Origin: Camelus dromedarius
Lineage: Eukaryota
Reading direction: 5' to 3'
NCBI RefSeq assembly: GCF_036321535.1
Contig: NC_087437.1
Location: 20,462,001-20,526,000 of the forward strand
Length of the DNA: 64,000 bases
A model generated the notes under the pieces. The model worked only from the letters and a program-made list of their open reading frames with translations. It searched no databases and had not been told where the DNA came from. Numbering within the stretch: position 1 is the first letter of the stretch; every line of letters begins with the position of its first letter. The position numbers and the translations under genes are program-made. Below, in pieces: positions 1-14,095 of the stretch.

Positions 1-919
1 GGGTTGATCGAATTTCAAGAGTGGTGGTTCCCGGAAGCAGAGGGGAGAGACTGGCTTCCAGGCATGGAGGGGGACAGGTGGAGTTTTATGAGGAGCCTCA
101 GCCCACTTCCCACCTAGTCCTGGGCCGCTGCTGTGGGATGCCCAATGGCCTGACATCAGACCCAAGTACCATATCCCCTCGAAGGGTTTCTGCATGAGTG
201 GGAGAAGCGAGAATGGCCACTCCCCTAAAGCACCCCCACAGCCAGGACCCAGCACCAGACACAGATGATCCACAGGAATAGGTGGTTTCAGGGCCACGTG
301 AGAGGATGCCCAGCCTGGAGAAAGGCTGTCTGTCGAACGAGGAGGAGCAGAGATCCCCAGCCCGGAGAAAGGGTCGCTGGGATATACCTCCAGGAGCCAA
401 AGGGAGGTGAGCCTGCCCCTCTGTCATGTTCCCAAGAGATGGAGGGGCCACGGTGAACACTGCCTCAAAACCCCACACAGCATCATCATGGAGAAACCAG
501 CAAAGGCCCCCAGTGATGGCTGGAGCCCACCTGAAGCGGAGTACGTCTGTGACCCTGCGCCTCCTCTGGAGGAAGCGAAGGAGAGAGCCTTCACTTCACC
601 TCAACTCCCTGTCTCCAGACTCCTGATGAGATGCACTTGCAGGAAAAGGGGGTAACCTCAGGACCAGACCTCACACCTTCTCCCCAATCTAAGAAGGCAG
701 AGCCACAGCTCTAGCCTACATTGGAGAGAGAGAAGAATTTGTCCTGAAAGTTTGAGTCCAACAAATTCTTAAGTTTTTTAAATAATGAATAGGAGGAAAA
801 GCTTTGACTTTCAGAATGAGTAGAACCTGCAAGTGTTGCAGAGTGTTAGAATAAGACAAAGACCATGTTTCCAGAACCACAAAGGGGCAAGGGGCATTCC
901 ATAAAGTAGATTTCTTTGA

Positions 920-1066
920 CACTCCAAGTGTGGTCCACAGACTGGCAGCATTGGCTTGTCAGGAAAGCAGAATTTCTGCTCTTAGCCCAAACCTGCTAAA
1001 CCAGAGTCTGCATTTTACATGAGCCTCAGGTGATTCATATGCATGTTAAACTTTGAGAATCACAGG
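920..1066. mobile_element. MER5-family hAT DNA transposon
   Basis: caagtgtggtcc..cagagtctgcatttta..caggtgattcatatgca..tttgagaatcac. Confidence 0.75.
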
Positions 1067-2609
1067 TATAGTTGGATGAAATAAAACACTTAATGTTTAT
1101 ATCTCAGTGAATCGAGATTTCTCAATCAATTAGTTACATTAGACAGGCTCTGTTTCTGTTGTTTGCATCAAAACCTAAAACTGATGATGAAATCATCACT
1201 CTGAATAACACGCCTCTCGGCATCAGCCCTTCTCAAAGTGGTAAGGGGAAAAAGTTGGTCTTAGGGAATACTGAGTCTGTCCTTGAGCCTTCCTGATGCC
1301 CAGTGCTTTCCCCAGTCGCTCCCCACCATGTTGCACGTCCTGCACCACACCCACCCAGAACCAGCACGTGGCCACAAGGACATACTCTGCACACTCGGGG
1401 TACCATGGTATGAATCAACATGGCGGCCCAGCTCGCCCTAACGCTGACCTTTGTAAAAAACAAAAGTAAAATTATTATCAGAATTAGAGCACAAAACTGC
1501 ATTTCTCAGGGCAGATTTTTCTCCCCTTCACAACTGTAGCCATCCAACCTCCCTTCCCAGCACCCCCAAGGGTGTCTCACACGGGCACGTGAATGTCTCC
1601 TCAGTCACCCTTCAGAGCCCACCATGTGCTCCTGTCTCCTCAGGTTCCCTGTGATGCTCCCTGCAGACACAGGGCACAGCAGTCCTGTGTGCTCAGTGGA
1701 GCTGCACTGGGGGTTTTGACTGAGGGTACCTTCCCCCTGAAACCTGGGCACAAGCATGCATGTGGAGAGGTGGAGGACAAGCTAAATTGTCCTAGGGGTT
1801 CTCCAATCACTCTCTCCAAACTTCTTTTCAAAGGATGTATTGTTTTCCATACAAATGGAAAACATGTATAGAGAGTTAGTTCATGTCTGTCTCCCCCACA
1901 GGACAGTATCTCCATGGGGGCGTCTGGCCCTCCTTGGTTCACCATTGTTATTCAGCACCAACCACATCACCTGAAGCAGGTGTTCAACTAATGCTTGGTA
2001 AATGAATAAACAGATAACTGAATTTGTTGAATAAGTAATAACTTCCCACTTTGGGCAAATCTCAACCACTCTGAGCCTCAGTTTCTTTACCTGTATAACA
2101 GAGATTAGGGTACCTACCTGAGATGGCTGTCCAGAAGCTAACTTCTATCCATAAAAATGCCTAGCACAGGACTTTGTACCAAGCAGACTTTCAAAAATAC
2201 TTGTTTCCTTATGATGTGGCATTAATTGCAAATCTTAAATCCCGAGTGAGACCTAAATAAGCACTCTCCTCGGACTCAGTCTGCACAGTCCAGCAAAATG
2301 GCGCCTCCTCCCCCATGCCTTCCCCAGCCACCACCCATTCTTAGGCACCATTAGCTCTGCCTCTTTTGTGTGACCCTGGCACTTCACACTGCCCTGCCTC
2401 TGCTAGAGCACTTACCATAGTCTCTGTACCCAGCTCTGTGTGACTGTGACCTTCTCGAGGGCAGGGCCTTGTCCTTCACCCCTCTGCAAGCTCCACACTG
2501 GAATGAACATACAAACGAATGAATGAATGAGTGAATGAATGGTCTCAGGCCTCTTCTCTGCTCTCCACGAGCTTTTTAGGTTGAAAAATATGCTTATTCA
2601 TTTTGAACA

Positions 2610-2830
2610 CGGGCTTTGAAATTTGACAATCCTGAACTTGAATTCAGTGTCAACTAATTATTATTTAGGTGACTTTAGGCAATTTCTTATCTGCTCCATA
2701 CCTCCACTTCCTTGTGTGTAACGTGGGGTTAATAATACCTAACTCTCGGAGAGGTTTGGGGAATTCAGTTAGATAATGGGTGATAAATGGTTAAAACAAT
2801 GTTGGCCATTTATTAAATACTTCATCAACT
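2610..2830 (+). mobile_element. MIR SINE
   Basis: gtgactttaggcaa..ataatacctaactc core. Confidence 0.7.
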
Positions 2831-3309
2831 GAAACTTATTCTTGTAAACTAGCGTATACTTGGATGTGAATGGTAAATGAGTTTCCAACTTGCTGTCATT
2901 CCTAGGGTACCTATAAAGTTCACCTGGGATGCCCTAAATTAAATACGTTTGCCTTGGTTTTCACAAATAAATCAGGAATGGCGAAATTATAGGGACTTAG
3001 AGTATCTTGGAACTCAGTGACCTTGGAGAAACATCACCCATGAATGTCATTACCATTTCTTTAGGCTGCCAATAGCGTTAATAGACCCACCCACAAATAT
3101 TTTCAGAGCCTCTACCAAACCAGTGTAGGGGCAGCTGAGAGGAGGGGAGGGTTGGATACAACATAGCAGGGTGGGGCAAGAGTGATTCTCACCTTCAAGG
3201 AGGTTTAAAGGAAAATAAAGACCAATGCCAAGAGAGTCACTTCACAATTCAGGAGTACTCTGCCCCTCCCCGCTTATGTGTTTCAATAATTTTTAAGTTA
3301 TATTAATCC

Positions 3310-3530
3310 ACATTTATCTAGGACATATGCCCTAAGCACTGTTCCAAGCATTTCACAGGTTTTTAACTCTTCAATCTTCTCACCAATCCTCTGAGGTCCA
3401 TATTAGTATTGTATCTCATCGTACAGATGGGCAAACTGGCACAGAGATCACGTGTCTTCCCGAGATCTCACAGGTAGTAAAAGGCACAGCAGGGGTACAC
3501 ATTCCCAGCCCGGGTCACCCTGCCTCTGCA
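3310..3530 (-). mobile_element. MIR SINE
   Basis: tacagatgggcaaactggcacagaga core (reverse complement). Confidence 0.7.
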
Positions 3531-3991
3531 CAGCAACTGCCACTTCTGATCAATGCTAAAGGCAATGATGGTGAAGATGATAATAGCAAATGACAAACTG
3601 CTCGCAGGCAGACAAGTCTTAATGGACACTTTGTGATGTCCAAAGCATTGAACAGATACAGATGCCTCCATAACTATATGTCATTAAAATTAAAAATTAT
3701 AGTACTAAGTGAAAATAAGTCACAACATTTTCATATATACTGAAATTAAAATAGCTTTTCTTTAGATATTATGATTGCAAAATTCTGGAGCAGTTATTCA
3801 ACCTGAACCTTTTGCAATGTGTTTTCTGAGACCCTACTTGGCTGGTGACCTAATACATGTTTGGTGCCTCCTAGCCCAGAGGGCAGGGTCCAGGCTGGAT
3901 GCTTTACTCTCTCCAGTCCCAGTAGAGGGCAAGTTCCATCTCTACAAAGGTTGGTTGAATGAATGCTTAACCATGTGTTTTCCATTCTGGT

Positions 3992-4129
3992 TGGGTTGCC
4001 AGATAAAATGCAGGATGCCTAGTTATACTTGAATTTCAGATAAACAATTAATAACTTTTTAGTATAAGTATGTCCCGTGTCATATTTAACTGACATTCTG
4101 TGTTTTTGTTAGCTAAATCTGGCAACCCT
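3992..4129. mobile_element. MER53 MITE
   Basis: Terminal inverted repeats gggttgccagat / atctggcaaccc; internal gaatttcagataaacaa..tagtataagtatgtccc. Confidence 0.85.
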
Positions 4130-4989
4130 ACCCTCTAGATATAGGAATTCACAGAAAGGAGAGTGAGTGTGGCTTGGAGCCAAAGGGACTGTCCTAGAAG
4201 AGACAGAGGTTGAGCTGACTCAGTAAGGAAACATAAAGGACAATGTTAATGGCACCCCCTGGAGTTGTACAACCCAACGACCCCGAGAGATGAAAGGCAT
4301 TCCTGGCAGGGAAGCCAGCATGGACTAAAGGTTGAAATAAGCATGGCAGGATGGAAGACAGTGAGGAGGACAGCTGTCTGGGGCACCTACAATCCAGCAT
4401 TTTCAAACAACTTCCAGGTCCTCAGTGCCCATTTCCCTCCATGCTTCCCCACGAAGCTTTTGACCATGCAGTCTCTCTGCCTGGCTCCCTCCTTGTGCAC
4501 TGAAGACCTCCCATGTGTCAGCTGGTATATCTCTGCCCCAAATCCCTATGTGTCAATCTTAACAAACTTCACAAGGCTTGTGTGACTTTCCCATAATCTT
4601 CCAGCATGCATCCACCAATAGTAAAAGGAAGTAGAGAGGAATCACGTGATCATCCTGCATGGCCATCATTTGGGGTCCTGCCTGCCCATGTGAAGTCCCC
4701 TTAGCCTGTGCCTGGCTTGCAGGGCTGTGGCCAGGGGTCGGTCACCTGCTGAGTATATACCACCTTGAGAAACTTTCTTCAAAAATGTCCACTGCAAAGG
4801 TTTAATAAGCCCAAGATCTGATTCACCCAGTTAAATGCTGTCCTGACCCATTCTGCCTGGGCCATTTTTTTATTTCATAACTATCTCCCTCAAGGGGGCC
4901 CTCAGTGCTGCCACACAGTCACGTATCCTGCCCCAGTCCATGCTCTCCCAGTCTCCTAGACAGCCACCTCCTCTTCTCCTCTCTCCCCA

Positions 4990-6740
4990 CACCTCTGACA
5001 TCTCTTCCCCATCCTCACTCTCAGCAGAGAATTCAGCTTCTCATTTCACTGAGAAAACAAAGGCTATCAGAAGAGAATTCACCCCCCCCCGCCCAGCCCC
5101 CAACTGACCTGCCCCCCTGCTGCAGGAACGAGCTGCCCCTGCTCCTGTCCATTGGTTGCTGGATTCCACACCCTCCCACCTGCTCAACATTGCTCCTGAG
5201 GTCGACACTCTCCTGAATCATCATTTTTCCTCTCTACTGGATCATTTCCACAAGCACACAAACTTGATGCTTTTCTCCCACTTGGAAATATCCTCTCTTG
5301 ACCCCACGTCCCCCCAGCCTCATTTCTCTGCCCCCACACCTTTGCAGCAAAATTCCATGAAAGAGCTGACTCTAGTCACTGTTTCCACTTTCCTCCTCTC
5401 ATCCTCTCTTGAGCCCACTCCATCAGGCCTTTGCCCCCACCACTCCATCACACCCGCTGCCCTCCCCAGTGACCTCTGGACCCCATCTCCACGGACTTCT
5501 CTGCAGCGTCTGACAGAGGTGGTCACTCCATCCTGTTTGAAACTCTTTCTTTACTTGGGCAGCACAGGCTCCTTGGCTATTCTGCCTGGTCGGCTGCTCC
5601 CTCTTCATCTCTTGCTGTATCTTTCCTATCTCTTCAGCCTCTAAACAATCGAGTCCCCGCTAAGGCTCAGCTCTCAGACCTCATTTTCTTCTCTTTCTAG
5701 GATCACCCACTTGGTGATCCCAACCTGTCTCATGGCTTTAAATGACAACTTCCCAAACTCTCCCTTGATATTGTAGAACAATCTGCCTACATAAAATCTC
5801 CACTTGGATGGTGGCCAGGCATAACAAACTTAACATATCTTTGCTCCCCTAAACCTGTTCTTCTGTGGTCTTACCCGTCCCAGTTAATGGCAAATCCAGT
5901 TTACCAAAATCCGAGGAGTCATCATTGATCCCTTTCTTCTCTCACACGCCCATCCAAATCAGCAGCAAAGCTGTCAGGTCTACCTTTTAGGAGTACTCGG
6001 AATCCCACCACTCTCCCTCTTCCACCGTGGCCAGCTGCTGTCATCTCCTGCCTGGACCATTGCAGCAGGCTCCCACCTGATCTCCCATTTCCACTCTTGC
6101 TACTCTACTGTCGGATCTCCACACCGCAGCCAAAGGGATCCTCTTAAATGTAAATCTTACATGGGACAAGACCCTACCTTATCAGGCCCATAGATACCTT
6201 CACAACCTCATCCACCTCCACTCTCTTCCTAGAGCTCTCGTCACCTGGTTTTTCTTTTCTTTTCTTTTCTTTTTTTTCATCTGGTCTTTCTATAGTTTCC
6301 CCAACGCAACACGCCTAGCACACATCCTCCAGGAAGACTCTGCGCTAGTTATTGCTCCCTCTGCGCAGAATGCTGTCCCCCCCTCACTCCGCATCCCACC
6401 ACCCCAGCAGACTCTCTCCTTCAATTCATCAGTTCTGGCTTAAATATCACCTTAACAGAAAGCCCCAACTAACCTATTTAAAATAGTACATACTCACACA
6501 CATACACAAGTACCTACACTGTATCATCTGACTCTGTTTCTTCTTTTTCCATAACACCCAAAATATCATGTTATTTTTATTTCTTTTTTCATTGTCTGCT
6601 CATCCTTGCTGGAATGTAAGCTCTAAGAGATCAGGTCCTTTGCTCGTTTTGTTTACAGCTGTTTGGTTTACAGAGTCTAGGACACTGTTTAGACCATAGA
6701 ATTGTTCAAGAAATATTTATTAATAAAATAAACAATTCAT
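4990..6740 (+). mobile_element. L2 LINE, long ORF2-derived fragment through 3' end
   Basis: catttcactgagaaaa, TPSGLCPHHS RT remnant, ctccacttggatg, 3' end gaatgtaagctc..aaatatttatt. Confidence 0.85.
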
Positions 6741-9499
6741 TTCCTGTGTGTGATGGTGGTGGCCACCAAAGGCAACTAAGAACTTAAGTGCCTGGCAGCT
6801 CCCCAGATCAGACAGGGTACCCAACAGCTCTAGGGAGAGTTTAGAATATCACCACTCATACTTTTAGTTCTCAGTTTTTATGTCACTTCTTTTCTGACAC
6901 CTTCCTCCCCTTAATAAAATTAAGTACTCTTGCCATCTGCTCCCATAGCATTCTCATGTCAAGGTAGTTGTCACATATTATAATTGTGTCTTAATTGTCT
7001 TCTTTGTAAGATTGTATATTTTCTGAAGATGCATATGGAACTCTCAGTAAGCACTTGTTGAATGAGTAGATGAATCAAGTAGAATGAGCAGAGTGTGGCC
7101 ATGGCCTTGAAGCTGAGGGACTGAGCTTGACATCAAGGAAGAGGGTGCATTAAAAGGAGCAGGGACAGAGTGATAAGCCTGAAATATTCATAATAAGAAA
7201 GGAGGATGGGAAGGAGGGAGAGAAGAGGGAAGAAGTGGGGAAGTCTTGTTTAATGTCCCTGCCAAGTGCCAGCAAACTAACTTCGGCCTTAGCAGCATCT
7301 ACACACACAACCAAGCTGGCATAGTCTGGTCCAAAGACCTTCGAATGTAGCCCACAGCAGCTGCCTGTCTAGCTGTAGTGCAGTCACTTTTCCATCTGCC
7401 ATGCTGATGAGACGTTCCCCTGGGAATTCTCTTCCTCTAGGCCGGGTGCTCCAAATAGGATGGAGTTGACTCTGATAATGGAGGGAATGTGGAAGGGCAA
7501 AGAGATGCAGAGCAAGAGACTTGCATGTGCTGTGGTTCTGCTGGCCACCTGCAAGCCTCTTCTTGGGCTCATCACCGCCTATTTAACCTTACTCTCTCTT
7601 GCAGTCCGTACCCTCACACTGGGACATGCAGCCTGTCTTACCCCACTAATGCCTTCCCACGGACAAGACCCAGCACAGGCCTACCTTCTCTAAGGACCTT
7701 GACTAGTCCAGCCAATACGTATCTCTCCTTTCTCTGATCTTGTCAGCATTTATTCTGAAATATGTTCTATGAATAATTTCTGAGTATATTCCACTGGTAT
7801 GCTAGTAAGTACTAGATTAGCAATTAGCATTAACATCACATAGTCAGAATTAATATGGTTTTTCTCCATAACTAAACAGTGGCTCATCAAAGGTAGGGAT
7901 CATATTATTTTTTTCTCTTTTGAACCTCTCAGAGAACTTACCCAAGGGCTGAACAAAACTAAGCCAGAAAATACTTCTTTAAAACTGTCTCCTATAAAGT
8001 TATGGTAGAATAAAACCAAGGAGCCATAGAAATGGTTTCCCTGTTGTAAAAGAAGGGAAGTATCTCAAAGATGTCTTTAAAATGCTGTCTGTTGCCCTGG
8101 CCCTATCTTAGGCGCGCATGGTTCATTCCAGGAGAGAAGCTGTAATGGATGGAAGGTATGTTTCTGCTGAGTTAGGGGTTATCATGTTCCCTGCATCCAG
8201 ACACCAGATTGATGGGATATGCCTCTATGATTTATAATACACCAATCTCACTGGAGAGTGAAGCACAATTAATCTTAGAATCTTGCAGCTTGCACTTAAC
8301 AACTTTAGAACCTTCCCTGCGCACTTGGCCTGCATAGCAAACATCGCCCCTCCCCCAGCGCTGGGACAACAGGGCACTGAGAACACAAAAACACCCTTCT
8401 CTGCAAGGTAACAGAATGCTACGGCAAATGTTTTCTTTAGCTTTTCTGTGGCATTTCCAGAGAAAAGAGACTATATGGCAGTGGTGTTCTGAATTACAAT
8501 GTTCAATGACAACAGAATCACTAAGCCTATACGAAATCAAAGCCACAGAAAGACCTGATGTGCCAGAAATGTAACTATTCAGCTTCCTTTCCCTTTTGTT
8601 TTATGTCCCTGCCAAATGTCAGCAAACAAACTTTGGTCCCAGCAGTAGCTACACACACAAACTACCTGGCATAATCTGGTCAAATGACCTTCCCACGTAG
8701 CCTAAGCATCTGCCTATTTAGCTGCAGTGTGTTCTTCACTGTTACACCTGCCATTTTGATGAGCTGTTGCCATGGGGATTCTCTTCGTCTAGGCAGGGTG
8801 CCCGCAAGCAACTAAAGCAGATGTTACCAGGTCTGTGCACTGAGTGTCACTTCACTCATGGGAATCCCTCATGTCACACCCAAAGTGAATTTACTTTTAC
8901 TTTACATGTAATTCCAGCAATCTTTGTTGTCTGAAGGCTGAGCCTTCATCAAATTCAAAGAAGAAGGATTATAACAGGCAAACACAGTAACAGCTACAAG
9001 AAAGGGCATCTATAGAAAATTGACTCACCAGAAATAAAGGGGGAGGGGGTACTATGTATGACAAAAACTCCAAACATACATTATGGAGCCTCTTCTTACA
9101 GAAGCCAACCCCATACACTCCTTCAATGGAATAACCATGTTTCACTACAATATAGTCATAGGAACCCCTAGTATCCAATCATCTACATAAAGTAGGTTCT
9201 TTAAGTTCTAAGAAGTATGTCAGTATTTAGAAAGATTTCCTTCTAAAATGGCTCAAGTGGAAAATTCTAGTGCTTGAAGTGTTAACTCAGATTTAGCTAA
9301 AAGGATGTGTTCCTTAACTTACTGGATAGCCAAGGTCATGAGATTTTTTTAAAAATCTGTAATCACCTCTCCTGCTTAAGTCGGGAACAGAGGAGGGGAC
9401 TCTTCCAAAGGCTCGCAGACCTCAGTTCTCCAGTGTTTCACAACCAGAAAAACCCGTGATGGGAGACAACCTTAAAGTTATTGTAAGGGCTTCTAGTAT

Positions 9500-12400
9500 G
9501 AACACGGCTGCCTAGTTCAGCTTATTTGTCCACCCTCTCCATAAAATCATGTGAAAGGAGCAAGGAGTTTTTTTTAATCCACAAATTCCATTTTCAGTGA
9601 AACTAGAAGCCAAATATAATCTGCCCACTCCAAAAAAATGCTTAAGGGTTGACAAAAGTGACTGAAATCAGACAGAAACCACATGGGAAGAAAGGAGGGA
9701 AAAAGAAAATTCAAGTTGTAAGAGAACTTAATGATGGCAGATCTTAAAAGTGTCAGAGGAAATAAAACTCCTCAAGGCAGGCAACTGACCACAAAGTATG
9801 TGAGCCACCACCTTATTTGCAGCCAGATGCAGGCACTGAGGGAAGCAGAGAGCACAGGAGGGTTCCCCTGGGGGTTCAGAGAGGAAGGGAGGCCACACAA
9901 AGGATGGCACAGTCAAACTGTATTAACATCAGTCAGTCTTTTTTCAGGAAGAACAAAGAAAGAGAAAGCTTTGATTTGCGAAGCACTGTATCAGACACCA
10001 TATGTAAATAGCTGGAACTAAAAAACAACACATTTAATGATAAGCAATTTTTTAAGATGAACTAGCATCACATTTGTACAAAGTTAACATAAGGTAAAAA
10101 CTTAAAGAGCAGTAAAATTTACCAACATATAAACAATATTCATCAAAAAAATGTTGCTGTAAAGCAAAAAAAAAAGTACATAAATATTTCACCATGGTAT
10201 TTTAAAAATTAATAAAGCAACCATCCCTCTAAAAGAATACCACAAAATGGAAATGACAGAATTCAGGGAAGTCATGGCAAGAAAACAGGAGGAAATGAAC
10301 TGCAAGCTAGCAGAACTCTGTAAAGTGATTGACAAAAAGTTTAAAAAGCCGTCAGAAAAATGAAAATGAAATTGGAAAGTTTACAAGAGAGACTATACAC
10401 TGTAGAAAAGCCATGAAAGGATATAAAGGACAGATACAAGAAACACAACCGAGATTCAGTGAAATAAAGATAGACTCAAAGGGGATGATAGCTGTGGCAG
10501 ACAAAGGAGATCCATCATACACAAAATCAGAGTCCATAAGGAAGAAAACAGAAGCGATGAAACTGAATAAATAAAAGAAGACCTGACTCTCCATATCAGA
10601 AGGGTATTCCATGGACTAGGAAAAACTGAATGAAAACAGTCAGCCATGAGACATATCCTGCAGGGCTGGAGCATGAAAAAGAGAGAGGAAGAGGAGAGGC
10701 AGGAGAGCAGAAGGGGAAAGTGAGGGAGCAGGGTGTGAAGGAAGGGAAAGTGTCCCCTTGGCATCCAGGCAAAGAGATAAGCTTTTAAACGGGGAGAAAT
10801 GCAGACAGGTCTCAGATGTCTCCAAAGCCACATTTAAAACAGGAAGTTAACACAGTTATCATCTGCAGGATAGCCAGAGAGGACTTGTGTGCCAAGGGTT
10901 TTTATACCCAGCAAAGAATGTCCTTCCAAAAGCAAACAAAGCTGACAGTTTTGAAATCTTAGACCTTATGGAATATTGTCCCATGAACCCTTCCTGAGGA
11001 ATCTACAAGAGATCAATCATCAGCCAACCAGAAGATCATGGAGGAAACAAACCACAGCAAAAGAGCAAGTGAAGAGCGCTACGTACCACAACCGCAAAAT
11101 TAAGACTAAACATCGGATGTTAACTAGATCGAGTGCAGGGATCCTTTTGCAGTATTTACAAGTAACGTATCATTATGTTGTACCCCTGAAACTAATATAA
11201 TGCTATGTGTCAATACCTCAATAAAAAATAAAAATTAATTAATTAAACAAAGCTGGAGATTGAAGTGACAGAATTGAAATGTTATACGTCTTGTATAAAT
11301 GATACAAGTAATAAAAAATGGAAAGGGGAAGGGGTAGGGAAGACAAAAAGCAGAGTAAGTTTGCAGCTTGTGGCACTTGTACTCGTGGGGGCCAAAGAAT
11401 ATGATTCAAAGCTGAAAAACCAAGTAATTATGTGTAAACACTTTACAAGACAGTGGTATACACTAAGATAACTAAGAGTGGTTGAAGGAAGAGAGGGTAG
11501 GAACACGAAGCATATTAATTTTATCATTATTCATACAAAAGAACCAATCAATTATGTCCAGAGAAACAGAGCACTCGCAATCTTATAGAAAGCTATTACA
11601 AAGGTAACCATGAGATCAAAAACACAAATCCTGCTGAATATCAGAAATGCAATTGTTCATTTAAAACAAAGGAAATTCATTTTGTAACAACTTGCTGATA
11701 AACAGTATAAGCGAAACATAGCATAAAATAATACACCGTAAGAAATTTAATATTAATATTTGTCACATTAATAAATGTAAATTGACTTATCTGTTTAAAA
11801 ATATATTTCACATAAGATAAGAAAGCAAAGCTACACTCCAAGTTATATACAAGGGATACACAAAAACAAAGTGATTCAGAACAGCTGAAAATAAAAGAAT
11901 GGGCCAAGGTATAACAGGAAAAAACAAACAACAAGTAGAAGACATAACCTAAATATCAGACGAGGTTAAAGTTCAGAGCATAAGGCATTAAACAATACAA
12001 AGGAAAGTGCTGTTTATAAGGCTAAAGGGTGCAGCTCACAGTGAATATGTAAGTTACGAATATCTACACAGCAAGACACACGGAAGCAGCATCAAGAAAC
12101 AGTACTTACAGCACCTGCAAGGAGAAACATGTTTAAAAAAAAAAGTGGTAGGGCAATTTTAGTTCCTCTCTCAATCTATGACAGATCAAGTAGATAAAAA
12201 TATTAAATCAGTATATAGATGACCTAAATAACATAAATGTGCAGTAAGATTGATATATATATACCCTGGAATGCTCTTGGAATACACATGAGTACCAACC
12301 AGAATTTGAATCACAAAAAGACTGATTTTTTAAAAATCTTACATTCTCCATTACATGACTCAAGCTAATACTAAAATAATTTTGCTTCCTTGTCACAGAA

Positions 12401-12950
12401 GGTGGCCCAAGGAGTGAGCTTAGATTTAATCCTCAAGGCTAGAGATGATTCTCAAGGGGGAAAGAAAATGGGATTGAGATGTCCCTGAACAACAAAGTTA
12501 AAATCATTTGAGAGTAACACATCTCTAACACGTAGAAAGAAACAGACAATATTCTCTGATCACAGCATGACAAAACTAGAAATTAAGAGCAATATCAGAA
12601 AACAAGAGATGTGGAAAAAAAGAATTTAACTCTTAACCCCTGATTCAAAGAGGAAATGAAAACCGAATTTTCAGAATTTCTAGAAAACAAAAATGTATAG
12701 TCTTTATAGCTCAGCACTTAAGTGACAGAAATAAAATAGCACTCAGAGCAATAATCAAATATTCAAATTATTACACAAATAGACTATAAAAATCAAAGTA
12801 AATGAATTAAGGGTCTCATGTAAAATTTTTAAAAATAAAAAACAAAAGAAATGTAAAGAAAGCAAAAAGTCAGGTTATTAAAGATTAAAAAACTGAAATT
12901 AAATTTAAAAAGATAAAACCAGACCTAAAAAATAAATTCCAAAGTTAGTT
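9500..12950 (+). mobile_element. very old L1 (L1ME-type): 5' region, ORF1 remnant, ORF2 endonuclease remnant
   Basis: A-rich ORF1-like region with tttatacccagcaaa / ccatgaacccttcctgagga; endonuclease remnants taaatgtaaattgact and ttctctgatcac (FSDH). Confidence 0.65.
11112..11240 (+). mobile_element. short L1 3' end (L1MA9/L1MB-like)
   Basis: gatgttaactaga..tgttgtacccctgaaactaatataatg..ctcaataaaaaa. Confidence 0.75.
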
Positions 12951-12959
12951 CTTTTAACT

Positions 12960-14095
12960 CCTACTTCACCCCTTATGCAAATATTAACTCAAATTGTATC
13001 AAAGACCTACATGTAAGAGCTAAAACTATTAAAGTCTTACAAGAAAACAAAGGCGTAAATCTTTATGACCCTGGATTAGGCAATGATTTCTTAGAAAAAA
13101 AACAAATGCACAAGCAACAAAGAAAAGATAAATTAAAAATAAAAATTGTGATTCAAAGAACACTACCAAGAAAGTAAAAAACCTCACAGAATGGGAGAAA
13201 AATATTGCAAATTACATATCTGACAAGAGACGTGTATCTAGAAGATAGATATATATCTCTCTAATTCAACAACAAAAAGAAAAAAATCCTAAATGGACCA
13301 AAAATATCAATAGACACTTCATCAAAGAATATACAACAGTAGCTAATAAGCATAAGAAAACAGTTTGGCATCATTAGCCATCAGGGAAATTCAAATCTAA
13401 ACCACAGTGAGATACCAGTTCATATGCACTAAGATAGCTAAAATCAAAAAGATAAACAGTGAAATCAGAGAATCAGAACCCTCACACTGAGGGAATGTAA
13501 AATGGTGCAACCACTTTGGAAAACAGTCTGGCAGTTCCTTGAAAGGTTAAACACAGAGTTACCATATGACCCAGCAGCTCACTCCTAGTATATCCCCAAG
13601 AGAACTGAAAACATATGTTCATATCAAACTTGTATGCAAATATTAACAACAGCTTTGTAGATAACAGTCAGAAAGTGTAAATGACCAAATGTCCATCAGC
13701 TGGTGAATGGATAAATAAAATGTGGTGTCTCCATGCAATGGAATAGTAAAAGTAATAAAAAGAAATTAAATACTGATACATGGATGAACCTTGAAAACAT
13801 TAAGGTAAGTGAAAAAAGCCAGTCACAAAAGATCACATACTGTATGATTCCATTTATATGAAATGTCCAAGGTATGCAGAAAGTAGTTTCATCCTTGCCA
13901 GGGGATGAGGGGGTTACTAATGGGTGACTGCTAATGGATGTGAGGTTTCTTTTTGTGGTGAGGAAGATGTTCTAAAACTGACTATGGTAATGGGTGCACA
14001 AATCTGTGAATATACTAAAAGTCGCAGAACTGTGCACTTCTGAGTGAGTTATATGGTATGCGAATTACACCTCAATAAAGCTGTAACTAAAAATA
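12960..14095 (+). mobile_element. L1MB-type ORF2 end and 3'UTR
   Basis: attaactcaaa..caaagacct..ttggaaaacagtctggcagttcct..tggatgaaccttgaaaacatt..ctcaataaagctg. Confidence 0.9.

Noticed and set aside
5156..5644. 162-aa ORF
   Set aside because: Lies inside L2; chance open frame with RT remnants.
8289..8413. Possible plus-strand exon ending aag|gtaaca
   Set aside because: Weak acceptor, unrecognisable peptide and no partner exons found.
10329..10574. Lys/Glu-rich ORF
   Set aside because: Consistent with a decayed L1 ORF1 remnant, not a host gene.
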